Positions 1 through 11,430 of a DNA stretch of 64,000 bases are shown piece after piece. The notes under the pieces are model-generated. The model had not been told where the DNA came from. It saw only the letters and a list, made by a program, of their open reading frames with translations, and searched no databases. Every line of letters begins with the position of its first letter. Position 1 is the stretch's first letter. The stretch covers positions 1,248,001 to 1,312,000 of the forward strand of contig OZ253470.1 of the NCBI GenBank assembly GCA_965261735.1. Reading direction: 5' to 3'. The DNA comes from Alphaproteobacteria bacterium. Lineage in GTDB: Bacteria; Pseudomonadota; Alphaproteobacteria; SHVV01. Made by a program: the position numbers and the translations under genes.

Positions 1-1081
1 CGTCTCGCTCGGCGTCGGCCTGTCGTTGCTCGTCGCCGTGGTGCTCATCGACGCCAATCTCGAGCGCCAGGTGGCCGAGCGTATTCCCGACGTGGCGCCC
101 GCCTTTTTCTTTATCGACATCCAGCCCGACCAAGCCGAGGCGTTCGACGCGGTGGTGAGCGGGGTCGTCGGCGCCGGCGCCGTCGAGCGCGTGCCGATGC
201 TGCGCGGCCGGATCGCGGCCATCAATGGCGTCGCCATCGATACGGCGGCGGAGGTGCATGATGCCCATTGGGCGACACACCGTGAGATCGGCCTCAGCTA
301 CGCCGCCGCCACGCCGCCCCGCACCCGCCTCCTGGCCGGAACCTGGTGGCCCGAGGACTATGCGGGGCCGCCGCTCATCTCGCTCGACGCCGAGGTGGCC
401 CAAGGGCTAGGCCTCGGGCTCGGCGACCGCCTGACCCTCAACGTGCTAGGCCGAGAGATCACCGGGAGTATCGCCAATTTGCGCCACATCGACTGGATGG
501 ACATCGGCATCAATTTCGTCGTCGTGTTCTCGCCCGGCGTGCTCGAGGGGGCGCCGCAGAGCCATCTCGCAACCGCGCGCGCGGCGCCGGCGGACGAGGC
601 CGCGCTGTTCCGGGCCGTCACCGACCGCTTCGACAACGTCTCGCCCATTCGCGTGCGCGATGTCGTCGATGCCGTGGCCCGCGCCCTCGGGCAGATCGCC
701 ACGGCCGCGCGTGCGGCGGCCGGCGTCACGCTCGCCGCCGGCCTGCTTGTGCTCGCCGGGGCGGTCGCTTCCGGGCATCGCCGCAGGGTGTACGACGCGG
801 TCATCCTCAAGGTGCTCGGCGCCACCCGGGGCACCGTTCTCAAGGCCTACCTGCTGGAGTTCGCTCTCGTCGGCCTGGTCGCCGGCCTCATCGCCGCTGC
901 GGTCGGCACCCTCGCCGCATGGGTGGTGGTTACGCGCGTGATGCACGCCGAGTGGCATCTCGTGGGCTGGGGCATCGCGGCCACCGTGGCGGGCGGCGTG
1001 GTGATGACCGCGGGCCTCGGATTCATCGGCACCTGGCGCGCGCTCGCGAGTCCCGCGGCACCCGTGCTACGCACCCCGTGA
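1..1081 (+). CDS. ABC transporter permease (YbbP/FtsX-like), 5'-partial at the window edge
   Basis: Motifs APAFFFIDIQPDQ, PMLRGRI, INFVVVFSPG and RVYDAVILKVLGA, plus C-terminal TM helices; the frame is open to the window start. Confidence 0.85.
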   Translation, partial: VSLGVGLSLLVAVVLIDANLERQVAERIPDVAPAFFFIDIQPDQAEAFDAVVSGVVGAGAVERVPMLRGRIAAINGVAIDTAAEVHDAHWATHREIGLSYAAATPPRTRLLAGTWWPEDYAGPPLISLDAEVAQGLGLGLGDRLTLNVLGREITGSIANLRHIDWMDIGINFVVVFSPGVLEGAPQSHLATARAAPADEAALFRAVTDRFDNVSPIRVRDVVDAVARALGQIATAARAAAGVTLAAGLLVLAGAVASGHRRRVYDAVILKVLGATRGTVLKAYLLEFALVGLVAGLIAAAVGTLAAWVVVTRVMHAEWHLVGWGIAATVAGGVVMTAGLGFIGTWRALASPAAPVLRTP

Positions 1082-1158
1082 GCGGCTGTTCCGCTTGATT
1101 TCCGGGCGCGCCGCGCCAATATTAGGGCCACCAGGGAGGCTCGAGAGGGATTCATTCG

Positions 1159-1872
1159 ATGGCTGCTGACTACAGAACGCAGATCGGCGCGGCTGCCGCG
1201 GATCGGGCCGTGCTCGACGAGGGCCTGCGCGCCTACATGCTGCGGGTCTACAACTTCATGGCGTCCGGGGTGGCGCTCACGGGCATCGTCGCCTACGCGG
1301 TCGCCCACACGCCGGTGCTCTTCAACCTGATCTTCGGCACGCCGCTGTTCTGGGTCGTGCTACTGGCGCCGCTCGGCATGGTGTTCTACCTCAGCGCGCG
1401 CATCAACCGCATGAGCGCGGCCGGAGCGCAGACCGCGTTCTGGGTGTTCGCCGGCCTGATGGGGCTCTCGCTCTCCTCCATCTCCATCCAGTACACGGGC
1501 CTCAGCATCGCGCGCGTGTTCTTCATCACGGCGGCCACCTTCGGTGCCATGAGCCTTTACGGCTATACCACCAAGCGCGACCTCACCGCCTGGGGCTCGT
1601 TCCTGTTCATGGGCCTGATCGGCATCATGATCGCCGTAGTGATCAATATCTTCCTGCAATCGGCGGCGCTCTACTTCATCGTCTCGGTGATTGGCGTGAT
1701 CGTTTTCGTCGGCCTCACCGCCTACGACACGCAGAAGATCAAGGAGTCGTACTGGGAGGGCGATTCGCAGGAGATCGCCGGCAAGAAGGCGATCATGGGC
1801 GCGCTTCGCCTCTACCTCGACTTCATCAACCTGTTCGTCATGCTGCTCCACCTGTTCGGCCAGCAGCGCTGA
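1159..1872 (+). CDS. Bax inhibitor-1/YccA family membrane protein
   Basis: Motifs DEGLRAYMLRVYNFM, LYGYTTKRDL, AYDTQKIK and GALRLYLDFINLF; about 7 TM helices. Confidence 0.93.
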   Translation: MAADYRTQIGAAAADRAVLDEGLRAYMLRVYNFMASGVALTGIVAYAVAHTPVLFNLIFGTPLFWVVLLAPLGMVFYLSARINRMSAAGAQTAFWVFAGLMGLSLSSISIQYTGLSIARVFFITAATFGAMSLYGYTTKRDLTAWGSFLFMGLIGIMIAVVINIFLQSAALYFIVSVIGVIVFVGLTAYDTQKIKESYWEGDSQEIAGKKAIMGALRLYLDFINLFVMLLHLFGQQR

Positions 1873-1893
1873 ACGAACGGGGTTTGTAACGGC

Positions 1894-1926
1894 AACGCCC
1901 GGCGCTTGCGCCGGGCGTTTTCTTTT
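1894..1926 (+). terminator. Rho-independent terminator, possibly bidirectional
   Basis: AACGCCCGGCGC-TT-GCGCCGGGCGTT inverted repeat followed by a T-rich tract, between convergent genes. Confidence 0.8.
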
Positions 1927-1941
1927 GGCGCGGGGCGCCGG

Positions 1942-2325
1942 TCAGTCGTTCTTGACGAGCATGAGCCCGGCGCGGTCGAGCATCTTCAACAGGCGCCCGA
2001 GCGCCCGCCCGCGGCCGAGCACGCGGCCCCGGCCGGTGACGAGGTAATGGCCCTCGTCCGCTCCGCCTCGCGGCAGCTTGACGACGCGATAGGCGGGGAC
2101 GTCGTGGGTGTGCCGAAAGACCGTGAAGACGGCGCCGTGGGGGCTCGGTTCGATGGCGTAGTCGCGCCATTCGCCAGCCATGACCTTGCGGCTATAGAGC
2201 GCCAGGATCTGGTTCAGCTCCTTGCGGTCGAAGAAGACGGGTACGGGATTGGGGAAGGGGTGCTTAGATCGAGTCGCGAATCCGGCCGCTTGGCGAAGGG
2301 CCGCGAATTCAACGACCTGGCTCAT
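1942..2325 (-). CDS. DUF2794 family protein
   Basis: Motifs FDRKELNQILALYSRKVMAGEWRDYAI and GRVLGRG. Confidence 0.85.
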   Translation of the reverse strand: MSQVVEFAALRQAAGFATRSKHPFPNPVPVFFDRKELNQILALYSRKVMAGEWRDYAIEPSPHGAVFTVFRHTHDVPAYRVVKLPRGGADEGHYLVTGRGRVLGRGRALGRLLKMLDRAGLMLVKND

Positions 2326-2499
2326 GTGCGGGTTCGCTCCGCGCAGGCCAGCGGACCAATCCGGTATGATCGTGCGGCGGTAGCCGGGGCCGGTCCTAGA
2401 GGCTGCGCCCGCTCGTAGCTGCCTTCGATCAGTTCTCCTCCCAAAGCCATCCTAGTCCGGCGGCCGAGGGTCGGCAAACGAAACCTGTTGGCCGGGGCC

Positions 2500-3470
<971 letters not shown>

Positions 3471-3474
<4 letters not shown>

Positions 3475-4442
3475 CTGCCCACCGTGGATGCCTCCTCGAG
3501 GCGGATGCAGGCGGCGCTGTGGCCGGGGCCGAGTGCCACCGGGGGCGGCACGCGCGCGTCGCACGCGGTGATCGTTAGCGGGCAGCGCCCGGCAAAGGGG
3601 CACCCCGGGGGCAGGGCATCGAGCTCCGGCACACGCCCGGCGATGGTCTCGAGCCGACGGGCGCCCTCGCCGAGACGCGGAACGGCCGCGAACAATCCCC
3701 GCGTGTAGGGGTGGGCCGGGCGGCCGAACACGGCGTCCGTCGGCCCCTCCTCCAGGAAGGTCCCGCCATACATCACGTGGACGCGCCGCGTCGTTTCGGC
3801 GACGACGGCGAGGTCGTGCGATATCAGGATCAGCGCCATGTCGGATTCGTCGGCAATCACCTTGATGAGGTCGAGGATCTGTGCCTGCACCGTGACGTCC
3901 AGAGCCGTCGTCGGCTCGTCGGCGATGAGCACGTCGGGGCTGCCGGCGAGCGCTATGGCGATCATCACGCGCTGGCGCTGGCCGCCCGACAGCTCGTGGG
4001 GATAGGCGCCGAGCCGGCGTTCCGCGTCGGCCATGCCGACGCGCTCGAGCAGGCGGTGCGCCTCGGCTCTGGCGGCGTGGCGCGTACCGCCGTGGGTGCG
4101 GAGCGCCTCGCCGATCTGCCGCCCCACCGGGTGCAGCGGGTTGAGCGAGGCCATCGGCTCCTGAAACACCATGGCGATGCGCCTGCCGCGAAGTCGGCAC
4201 CACGCGGCCTCGTCGAGCGCCAGCAGGTCCTCGCCGTCGAGCGCGATGCGGCCCGCGGCCATCGCGCCCTCGGGCAGCAGCCCCATCAACGCCAGCGCCG
4301 TCATGGTCTTGCCGCAGCCCGATTCGCCGACGATGCCGAGAGTCTCGCCGCGATCGAGCGCGAAGCTCACGCCGCGGACGGCGCGTGCCCCGCGCGGCGC
4401 CGGCAGGGTCACCGTCAGGTCCTCGACCGCGAGCAGCACCAT
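3471..4442 (-). CDS. Oligopeptide/dipeptide ABC transporter ATP-binding protein (OppD-like)
   Basis: GESGCGKT, YPHELSGGQRQR, ADEPTTALDVTVQAQI and GCPFAGRC. Confidence 0.92.
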
Positions 4443-5269
4443 CAGCGCGCCCGCGACAGCTTGGGGTCGAGCAGGTCGCGCAGGCCATCGCCGAGCAGGT
4501 TGAGGCCGAGAACGACGGTCACGATGGCGAGGCCGGGGAACAGGGCGAGCCCGGGCGCCAGGTACATGAAGGTTTGCGCCTCGTTGAGCATGCGGCCCCA
4601 ACTCGGGTCGGGCGGCTGGGTGCCGATGCCGAGATAGCTCAGCGCCGCCTCCGCGAGGATGGCGATCGCGAACTGGATCGTGGCCTGAACGATGAGGGCG
4701 CTGCCCAGGTTGGGCAGGATGTGCTCGATCGTGATACGCACCTGTCCCTTGCCGGCGACGCGCGCCGCGAGGACATAGTCGCGCGCCCACAGGGCGTTGG
4801 CCGACGCGCGTGTCACGCGCGCGAAGACGGGGATGTTGAGAATCCCGATGGCGATGATCGAGTTGACCGGGCCGGGGCCGAGGACGGCGGTGATCAGGAT
4901 CGCCGACAGCACCGCCGGGAACGCGAAGGTGAGGTCGCTCAGGCGCATGACGCCTTCCTCGATCCAGCCGCGCCGGGCCGAGGCGAGCGCCCCGAGCGCG
5001 ACCCCGATGAGCAGGCCGATGCCGACCGCGACGATGCCGACGGCAATCGAGTTGCGCGCGCCCACCATGAGCATCGAGGCGACGTCGCGGCCGAAATGAT
5101 CGGTCCCGAGCCAGTGAGATGCGCTCGCACCCTGCAGGCGTTCGGCGACGACGATGGCGGTCGCCGAGTGCGGCGTCCAGGCGAAGGAGAGCAGCGCCGC
5201 CGCGATCACCAGCCCGGTCAGCGCGGCGCCGGCCGCGAGGCTCCGGTGGTGGAGGGCGCGGACCATCAT
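4442..5269 (-). CDS. Peptide ABC transporter permease (OppC/DppC-like)
   Basis: HWLGTDHFGRD, HILPN, EAALSYLGIG and GDGLRDLLDP. Confidence 0.92.
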   Translation of the reverse strand: MMVRALHHRSLAAGAALTGLVIAAALLSFAWTPHSATAIVVAERLQGASASHWLGTDHFGRDVASMLMVGARNSIAVGIVAVGIGLLIGVALGALASARRGWIEEGVMRLSDLTFAFPAVLSAILITAVLGPGPVNSIIAIGILNIPVFARVTRASANALWARDYVLAARVAGKGQVRITIEHILPNLGSALIVQATIQFAIAILAEAALSYLGIGTQPPDPSWGRMLNEAQTFMYLAPGLALFPGLAIVTVVLGLNLLGDGLRDLLDPKLSRAR

Positions 5270-6213
5270 GCGGCGAGCTTCACGCGCGGGTCGATAGCCG
5301 CGTAGAGCACGTCGACGACGAAGTTGACGAGGATCACCATCGCGGCGAGCAGCACGACGACGTCGCGCACGACGACCAGATCGCGCTGGGTGATGGCCTG
5401 AAATACGAGGCGACCGAGCCCCGGCAGGTGGAAGACGTTTTCGACGACGATGGTGCCAGCGAGAAGATTGGCGAACTCGAGCCCCATGATGGTGACGATC
5501 GGGATCAGGGCGTTGCGCAACACGTGGCGCGTCAGGGTGGCCCTGGGCGTGAGCCCCTTGGCGCGCGCGGTGCGCACGTAGTCCTCGCGCATCACCTCGA
5601 GAACCGAGGAGCGGCACACGCGTGCGAGAATCGCGGCCTGCACCAGGGCGAGCGCCGCGGCCGGCATCAACAACGAGCGCAGCGCCGGCCAGGCACCCGC
5701 GTCCCAGCCCGCGAAGCCGCCCGCCGGCAGCCAGCCGAGGGTGACCGAAAACAACAGGATCAACAGGATAGCGAACCAGAAGCTGGGAACGGCGATCCCG
5801 AGCTGGGTTGCCGCCATGACGTAGAAATCGCCCGCGCGGTTGTGGTGCAGGGCCGCGTAGAGGCCCGCGGCTAGCGCGAGCACGGCGGCCAATACCATGC
5901 TGATGAGGGCGAGCGGCACCGTGACGCCGAGGCGCGGCCCGATGAGCTCGCCGACCGGTACCGAGTAGGTGTAGCTGTCCCCGAACTCGCCGCGCGCGAG
6001 CTCCGCGAGCCAGGCGCCGTAGCGCTCGAGCGCCGGCCGTTCGAGCCCGAGCCTGTCGCGCAGGGCGGCAACGGCCTCGGCATCGGCGTTGACGCCGAGG
6101 ATGGTGCGCGCCGGGTCCCCCGGCAGCACCTCGAGCACGATGAAAACGACGAGCGAGGCCGCGAGCAGCGTGAGGGCCGCCCCCAGGGCCCGCTTGGCGA
6201 GGAATGCGGTCAT
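5266..6213 (-). CDS. Peptide ABC transporter permease (OppB/DppB-like)
   Basis: LPGDPA, EDYVRTARAKG, HVLRNA and LYAAIDPRV. Confidence 0.92.
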   Translation of the reverse strand: MTAFLAKRALGAALTLLAASLVVFIVLEVLPGDPARTILGVNADAEAVAALRDRLGLERPALERYGAWLAELARGEFGDSYTYSVPVGELIGPRLGVTVPLALISMVLAAVLALAAGLYAALHHNRAGDFYVMAATQLGIAVPSFWFAILLILLFSVTLGWLPAGGFAGWDAGAWPALRSLLMPAAALALVQAAILARVCRSSVLEVMREDYVRTARAKGLTPRATLTRHVLRNALIPIVTIMGLEFANLLAGTIVVENVFHLPGLGRLVFQAITQRDLVVVRDVVVLLAAMVILVNFVVDVLYAAIDPRVKLAA

Positions 6214-6259
6214 GCCGAGGGGCGTGCCGCCGGCGCGCGCTGGGCGCTGCGGGGGCCGC

Positions 6260-6925
6260 TCAGCCCCGCCTCTGGGCCAGCGTCAGGCCGTCGCCGATCG
6301 GCACCATCGAGACCGTAACCCGCGAGTCGCCGTGGATCTTGCGGTTGAGGGCGCGGATGGCCTCGGTATCGGCGTCCCGCTTTGCCTGATCGATCACGCT
6401 GCCGTGCCACAGCACGTTGTCGATGCCGATCAGGCCGCCCGGACATACCAGCTTGAGCGCGCGCTCGTAGTAGCCGTCATAGTTCGCCTTATCGGCGTCG
6501 ATGAAGGCGAAATCGTATGAGTCTGCGCGGCCCTCGGCGAGCAGCGCATCCAGCGTGGTGAGTGCCGGCGCGAGGCGCAAGTCGATCTTTCCGGCGACCC
6601 CGGCCTCGTCCCAGTAGCGCCGCGCCACCTCGGTCCATGCCTCGTTCACGTCGCATGCCGTTATCGTGCCGTCTTCCGGTAGCGCAAGAGCCACGGCAAG
6701 CGAGCTGTAACCCGTGTAGACGCCGACCTCGAGCGTACGCCTGGCGCCGATCAGCCCCATGAGAAGGCCCATCAGCGCACCCTGTTCGGGGCAAATCTGC
6801 ATCTGGGAAAAGGCGATCGACTGCGTCTCCTCGCGCAGGCGCGCGAGCACCGGCGCCTCGCGCACGGCGACACTACGCAGGTACTCGGCGAGCCGGGGGC
6901 TGAGCTGGATCGTGGACGACGACAT
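6260..6925 (-). CDS. Class I SAM-dependent O-methyltransferase (caffeoyl-CoA OMT-like)
   Basis: LEVGVYTGYS, FAFIDADKANY, IDNVLWHG and GDGLTLA. Confidence 0.92.
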   Translation of the reverse strand: MSSSTIQLSPRLAEYLRSVAVREAPVLARLREETQSIAFSQMQICPEQGALMGLLMGLIGARRTLEVGVYTGYSSLAVALALPEDGTITACDVNEAWTEVARRYWDEAGVAGKIDLRLAPALTTLDALLAEGRADSYDFAFIDADKANYDGYYERALKLVCPGGLIGIDNVLWHGSVIDQAKRDADTEAIRALNRKIHGDSRVTVSMVPIGDGLTLAQRRG

Positions 6926-7107
6926 GGCCTGGCGACTCCTTTGGTAACAATTCGGTGACCGGGAATAGACGACATCGCCCCGCCGGGCGCAATCCCGAGG
7001 AAAGGCACCGGATGCGGGCGAGTCGGCGCCACCAGTGATAGGCGCGCCGGGGTTGCCAACCGGCGTTTGCCCTAAAACTGCCGCAATGATTCCCTATATA
7101 ATGAACA

Positions 7108-7191
7108 TTGGGCCCAAAAGGACCCGGTCGCCTGCGAGTTGGGAATCCCCCCCCCCACCCAATTTCACCGGCGGCCGGGTCCGGCCTTTTT
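7108..7191 (+). ncRNA. Candidate small RNA: long hairpin with a C10 loop followed by a T tract
   Basis: 7120-7143 pairs with 7158-7182 (GGACCCGGTCGCC...GAGTTGGG / CCCAATTT...GGCGGCCGGGTCC); loop AATCCCCCCCCCCA; TATAAT at 7097-7102; T5 at 7187-7191. Confidence 0.4.
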
Positions 7192-7285
7192 CAGCCCCCA
7201 CTTTCCCCAACCCACCGATAGAGCGCCTGGCCGACCCGTGGCCTGAGCGCTATCCTGGCCTGCTTTCCCGATCCTTGGAGGGGCC

Positions 7286-7978
7286 ATGACGCTCACCCTG
7301 TACGAGCTGGTGGGCCGGGACGATCGCCGCGTCAGCCCCTATTGCTGGCGCTCGCGCCTGGCCCTCGCGCATAAGGGGCTGGCGCCCGAGATCATACCGG
7401 TCAAGTTCACCGACAAAAACACGATCGCCTTCAGCGGGCAGGACAAGGTGCCGGTGCTCCGCGACGGCGCCGAAATTGTCACGGATTCGTGGGCCATTGC
7501 GCGCCATCTCGAGGACGCCTACCCGGAAGCGCCGTCTCTCTTCGGCGGCAACATCGGCCGCGGCGAGGCGCGATTCATCAACCTTTGGGCCGACCAGGTG
7601 GAGAATCCGAGCATCGGCTCCCTCATCATCGGCGATGTCTTCGATCACGTCGACGACGCCGACCGCGACTACTTCCGGACCACGCGCGAGGCGCGCTATG
7701 GCCGGCCGCTCAGCGAGGTGCAGGCCGATCGGGAGGCGCGAGTCGATTCGTTTCGCAAGGGGCTCGCGCCGCTCCGCGCCGTGCTCGCCGAGCAACCCTT
7801 CATCGCCGGCGACGCGCCCGCTTACGCCGACTACGCGGTGTTCGGCGGCTTCCAGTGGGCGCGCTGCACCAGCTCTTTCGCGTTGCTCGCCGGAGACGAT
7901 CCGATCCGCCAATGGCGCGAGCGCGTGCTCGCCCTGTTCGACGGCCTCGCAGCCGGCGCCCTGGGTTACGATAACTGA
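7286..7978 (+). CDS. Glutathione S-transferase family protein, LigE/beta-etherase-like subfamily
   Basis: TLYEL..D.R.SPYCWRSRLALAHKGL, KVPVLRDG..VTDSWAIARHLEDAYP and YADYAVFGGFQW; RBS GGAGGGG. Confidence 0.85.
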   Translation: MTLTLYELVGRDDRRVSPYCWRSRLALAHKGLAPEIIPVKFTDKNTIAFSGQDKVPVLRDGAEIVTDSWAIARHLEDAYPEAPSLFGGNIGRGEARFINLWADQVENPSIGSLIIGDVFDHVDDADRDYFRTTREARYGRPLSEVQADREARVDSFRKGLAPLRAVLAEQPFIAGDAPAYADYAVFGGFQWARCTSSFALLAGDDPIRQWRERVLALFDGLAAGALGYDN

Positions 7979-8156
7979 GAGTGGCTCGGGCGGACGCTTG
8001 GGCCGCGCGCCAAGCGTCAACGGTGCCTTCTCTGCGACAATGCGCCGTTCCGCGACTCAACCTCGCGAAAGCGGGGTGGCCGAACTATCCGCGTTTGGTG
8101 TAGCGCGGCGCCGCCGCTTGCTTGCGCCGCCCGCTGCCCGCTAGGATCGGCCGGCC

Positions 8157-11100
8157 ATGCAGTGCCCGAGTTGCAGGAGCGAGAACCGCGAGGGGCGCCG
8201 CTTTTTGCGCCAAGTGCGGAGTGCCTCTCGCCCTCGCCTGCCCCGCTTGCGGCTTCGTCAACGACCCCGGGGACGAGTATTGTGGCGGTTGCGGGGCGCA
8301 CCTCGCCGATGCACCCGCCACGGAACCGGCCGACACGGCCAGGCTCGACGGGCCCTCCGGCGAGGACGCCGAGCGGCGCCAGGTCACCATCCTATTCGCC
8401 GATCTGTCCGGCTTCACCAAGCTCACGAGCGCGCGCGACCCCGAGGAGACCCACCGCCTGATGGGCCGCTTCTTCGAGTCGGTCGACGGTATCGTCGAAT
8501 CCTTTGGTGGCACCGTCGACAAGCACATCGGTGATTCGGTGATGGCCCTGTTTGGGGCCCCCGTGGCCCACGGCAACGACCCGGAGCGCGCCGTGCGCGC
8601 GGCAGCCGACATCCACGCGGCGATGGACTCGATGAGCCGAGACCTGGAACTGGCGTTGGAGGTGCATATCGGCATTGCGAGCGGCCAGGTAGTGGCGAGC
8701 GGCCTCGGTAGCGGCCGGCACCGCGAGTACACGGTGCTCGGTGACTCCGTCAATCTCGCGGCGCGGCTGGTCGAGATGGCCGGGCCCGGTGAGACGCTGA
8801 TCGCCGATGCCGTGTACCGGGCACTGGCCCCTTTGGTCGAGGCCGAGTCGGTAGGCGCGGCCGAGATCAAGGGCCTCGACGCGCCGGTCAAGGTGCGGCG
8901 CCCCAAGCTCGTGCGCAGCGACCGCTCGGCGGCGACGCCGTTCGTCGGCCGCCGCGCCGAGCTGCGCCAGCTGCGCGGCCTGCTCGATGCCTGTCGCGAG
9001 GACGGGAGCGGGCACACCATCTACGTGCGTGGCGAGATCGGCATGGGTAAGTCGCGCCTCGTCGAAGAGCTCGCCGCCGCCGCGGCGGCCGACGGTTTCT
9101 CCCGCCACACGGGCCTGGTGCTGGATTTCGGCGTCGGCCGCGGGCGCGACGCCGTGCGCGGCCTCGTCCGAAGCCTGCTCGGGATTGCACCCGGTACGGC
9201 CAAGAAGACGCGCGCCGCCGCTGGGGTACGGGCCGTTGCCGATGGTCTAATCGATGCGGATCATCAGGTGTTCCTCAACGACCTCCTCGACGTGCCGCAA
9301 GCGCCGGCGATGCGGGCGATCTATGACGCCATGGACAACGACACGCGCATCCGTCGCAAGCAGGAATGCGTCGGCCTCCTGCTAGAGCGCGCGAGCCGGC
9401 AAGCTCCCCTACTCATCATCGTCGAGGACCTGCACTGGGCCGATCCGCCGACGCTCGGCTTTCTCGCGGTGATGGCCGAGACCGCGGCTCGGGCGCCGAT
9501 GCTCCTGGTCATGACCTCGCGGATCGAGGGCGATCCGCTGGATGCGGCGTGGCGCCAGAGCACCCGACAGACCGCTATCACGACGATCGACCTCGGGCCG
9601 CTGCGCGACGACGAGGCGCTGGCGCTCGCAGGGGGCTTCGTCGAGGCGACCAACCGCTTCGCTCAGCGCTGTGTCGAGCGCGCCGAGGGCAACCCGATGT
9701 TCCTCGAACAACTGCTGCGCAGCTTGGAGGACGGCGACGAAGACGACGTGCCGGGATCGGTGCAGAGCATCGTACTCGCGCGTGTCGATCGCCTTTCGGC
9801 CGACGACAAGCACGCGCTGTAGTCGGCGGCCGTCCTGGGGCAGCGATTCGTGCTCGCCGACCTGCGCGTGCTCCTCGACGATCCCGACTACGCGTGCGAT
9901 GGCCTTATGGCCCACCATCTGCTGCGCCCCGCCGGGGGCGACTTCCTGTTCTCGCATGCCCTTATTTGGGAGAGCGTGTACGCCTCGCTACTCAGGGCGC
10001 GTCGCCAGGAATTGCATCGCACCGCCGCAACCTGGTTCGCCGACCGCGAGCCGGCGCTGCGGGCCGAGCACCTTGAACGGGCCGGCGATTCGGGCGCGGC
10101 GGCCGCCTACTTCGACGCCGCCGCAGCGCAGGCCGAGGCGCTCCAGCTCGACCGGGCGCTCGAGCTCGTCGAGCGCGGCGTGCAACTCGCGCTTGAGCCG
10201 GCTGACACCTATCGTCTCCTCATGCTGCGCGGCGAATGCCTGCGCGAGATCGGCCGCCCCACCGAATCGATCGACGTCTACCGCCAGGCGCTGGAGGTGG
10301 CGTCGGGTGACGTCGAGAAGTGTCGAGCGTGGATCGGCCTCGCCGCCGACATGCGGGTGACCGACGATTACGACGAAGCGCTGCGCGTCCTCGCGCACGC
10401 CGAGGCAGCGTCGGCGGACCACGGCCTCGACCGGGAACGCTCCGAGGTTCACTACTATCGCGGCAATCTCTTTTTCCCGCTCGGCAACATCGATGGCTGC
10501 CTGGAACAGCACCGGCTGGCGCTCGAATTCGCGACCAAGGCCGCGAGCCCCGAGTGCGAGGCGCGGGCCCTGTCCGGCCTTGGCGATGCCTACTACTCGC
10601 GCGGTCGTATGGTCACCGCGCTCGACTACTTCCGCCGCTGCATCGCCATCTGCCGCGAACACGGCTTCGGGCGGATCGAAGTCGGCAACCAGTACATGGT
10701 GGCCTGGAACCGCGTTTACCTGAACGAGGTCGGCGGCGCCCTCGACGATGCGCTGGCCGCCGTGGACTCCGCCGTTCGGGTCGGCCATCGGCGGGCCGAG
10801 ATGGTGGCGCGGCTCACGGCGGCGCGCGTTCTCGTCGAGAAAGATGAGGTCGAGGCGGCGAGGCCCTATTGCGACCGCGGGCTGGAGCTCGCCGACGCCC
10901 TTGGCGCCAACCGTTTCAAGCCGTTCCTCCTGATCTACGCGAGCCGCATCCGCTTTGCCGCAGGCGGCGTGAGCCGCGAGACCGTGCGGCTCGTCGAGGA
11001 CGCGGTCGCCAAGGCCCGCGATACCGGCATCGGCTTCCTCGGCCCTTGGGTGCTGAGCACGCTGGCCCTCGTGACCGGGGATCGGGCGCAGGAGCGTGCG

Positions 11101-11427
11101 GCGCTGGCCGAGGGCGAGGAGATCCTCGCCGCCGGGTGCGTCGGCCACAACTATTTCGGGTTCTATCGCGACGCGATCGACATCGCGCTGCGCAACGGTG
11201 CCTGGGACGAGGCCGAGCGCTACGTTGCGGCCCTGACGCGCTACACCAGGGCCGAACCTGTGCCTTGGGCCGACTTCTTCGCGGCGCGCGGTGGCGCCCT
11301 CGCGGCGCACGGCCGGGATGCGCGCGACGCGGCGGCCATCGCCAAGCTCGCTGAGCTCAGGGGCGTCGCCGAGGACGTCGGGCTCTTCGCCGCCGTACCT
11401 GCGCTCGATCGCGCCCTTACCGGGTGA
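8157..11427 (+). pseudogene. Double zinc ribbon + class III adenylate/guanylate cyclase + AAA (STAND-like) ATPase + TPR protein, disrupted
   Basis: MQCPSC...FCAKCG...CPACG...YCGGCG, ERRQVTILFADLSGFT, VLGDSVNLAARL, GEIGMGKSRL, EDLHWAD and EGNPMFLE. Extra T in the T5 run at 8202-8206 and an in-frame TAG at 9820-9822; the frame continues to 11427. Confidence 0.85.
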
Positions 11428-11430
11428 GCG

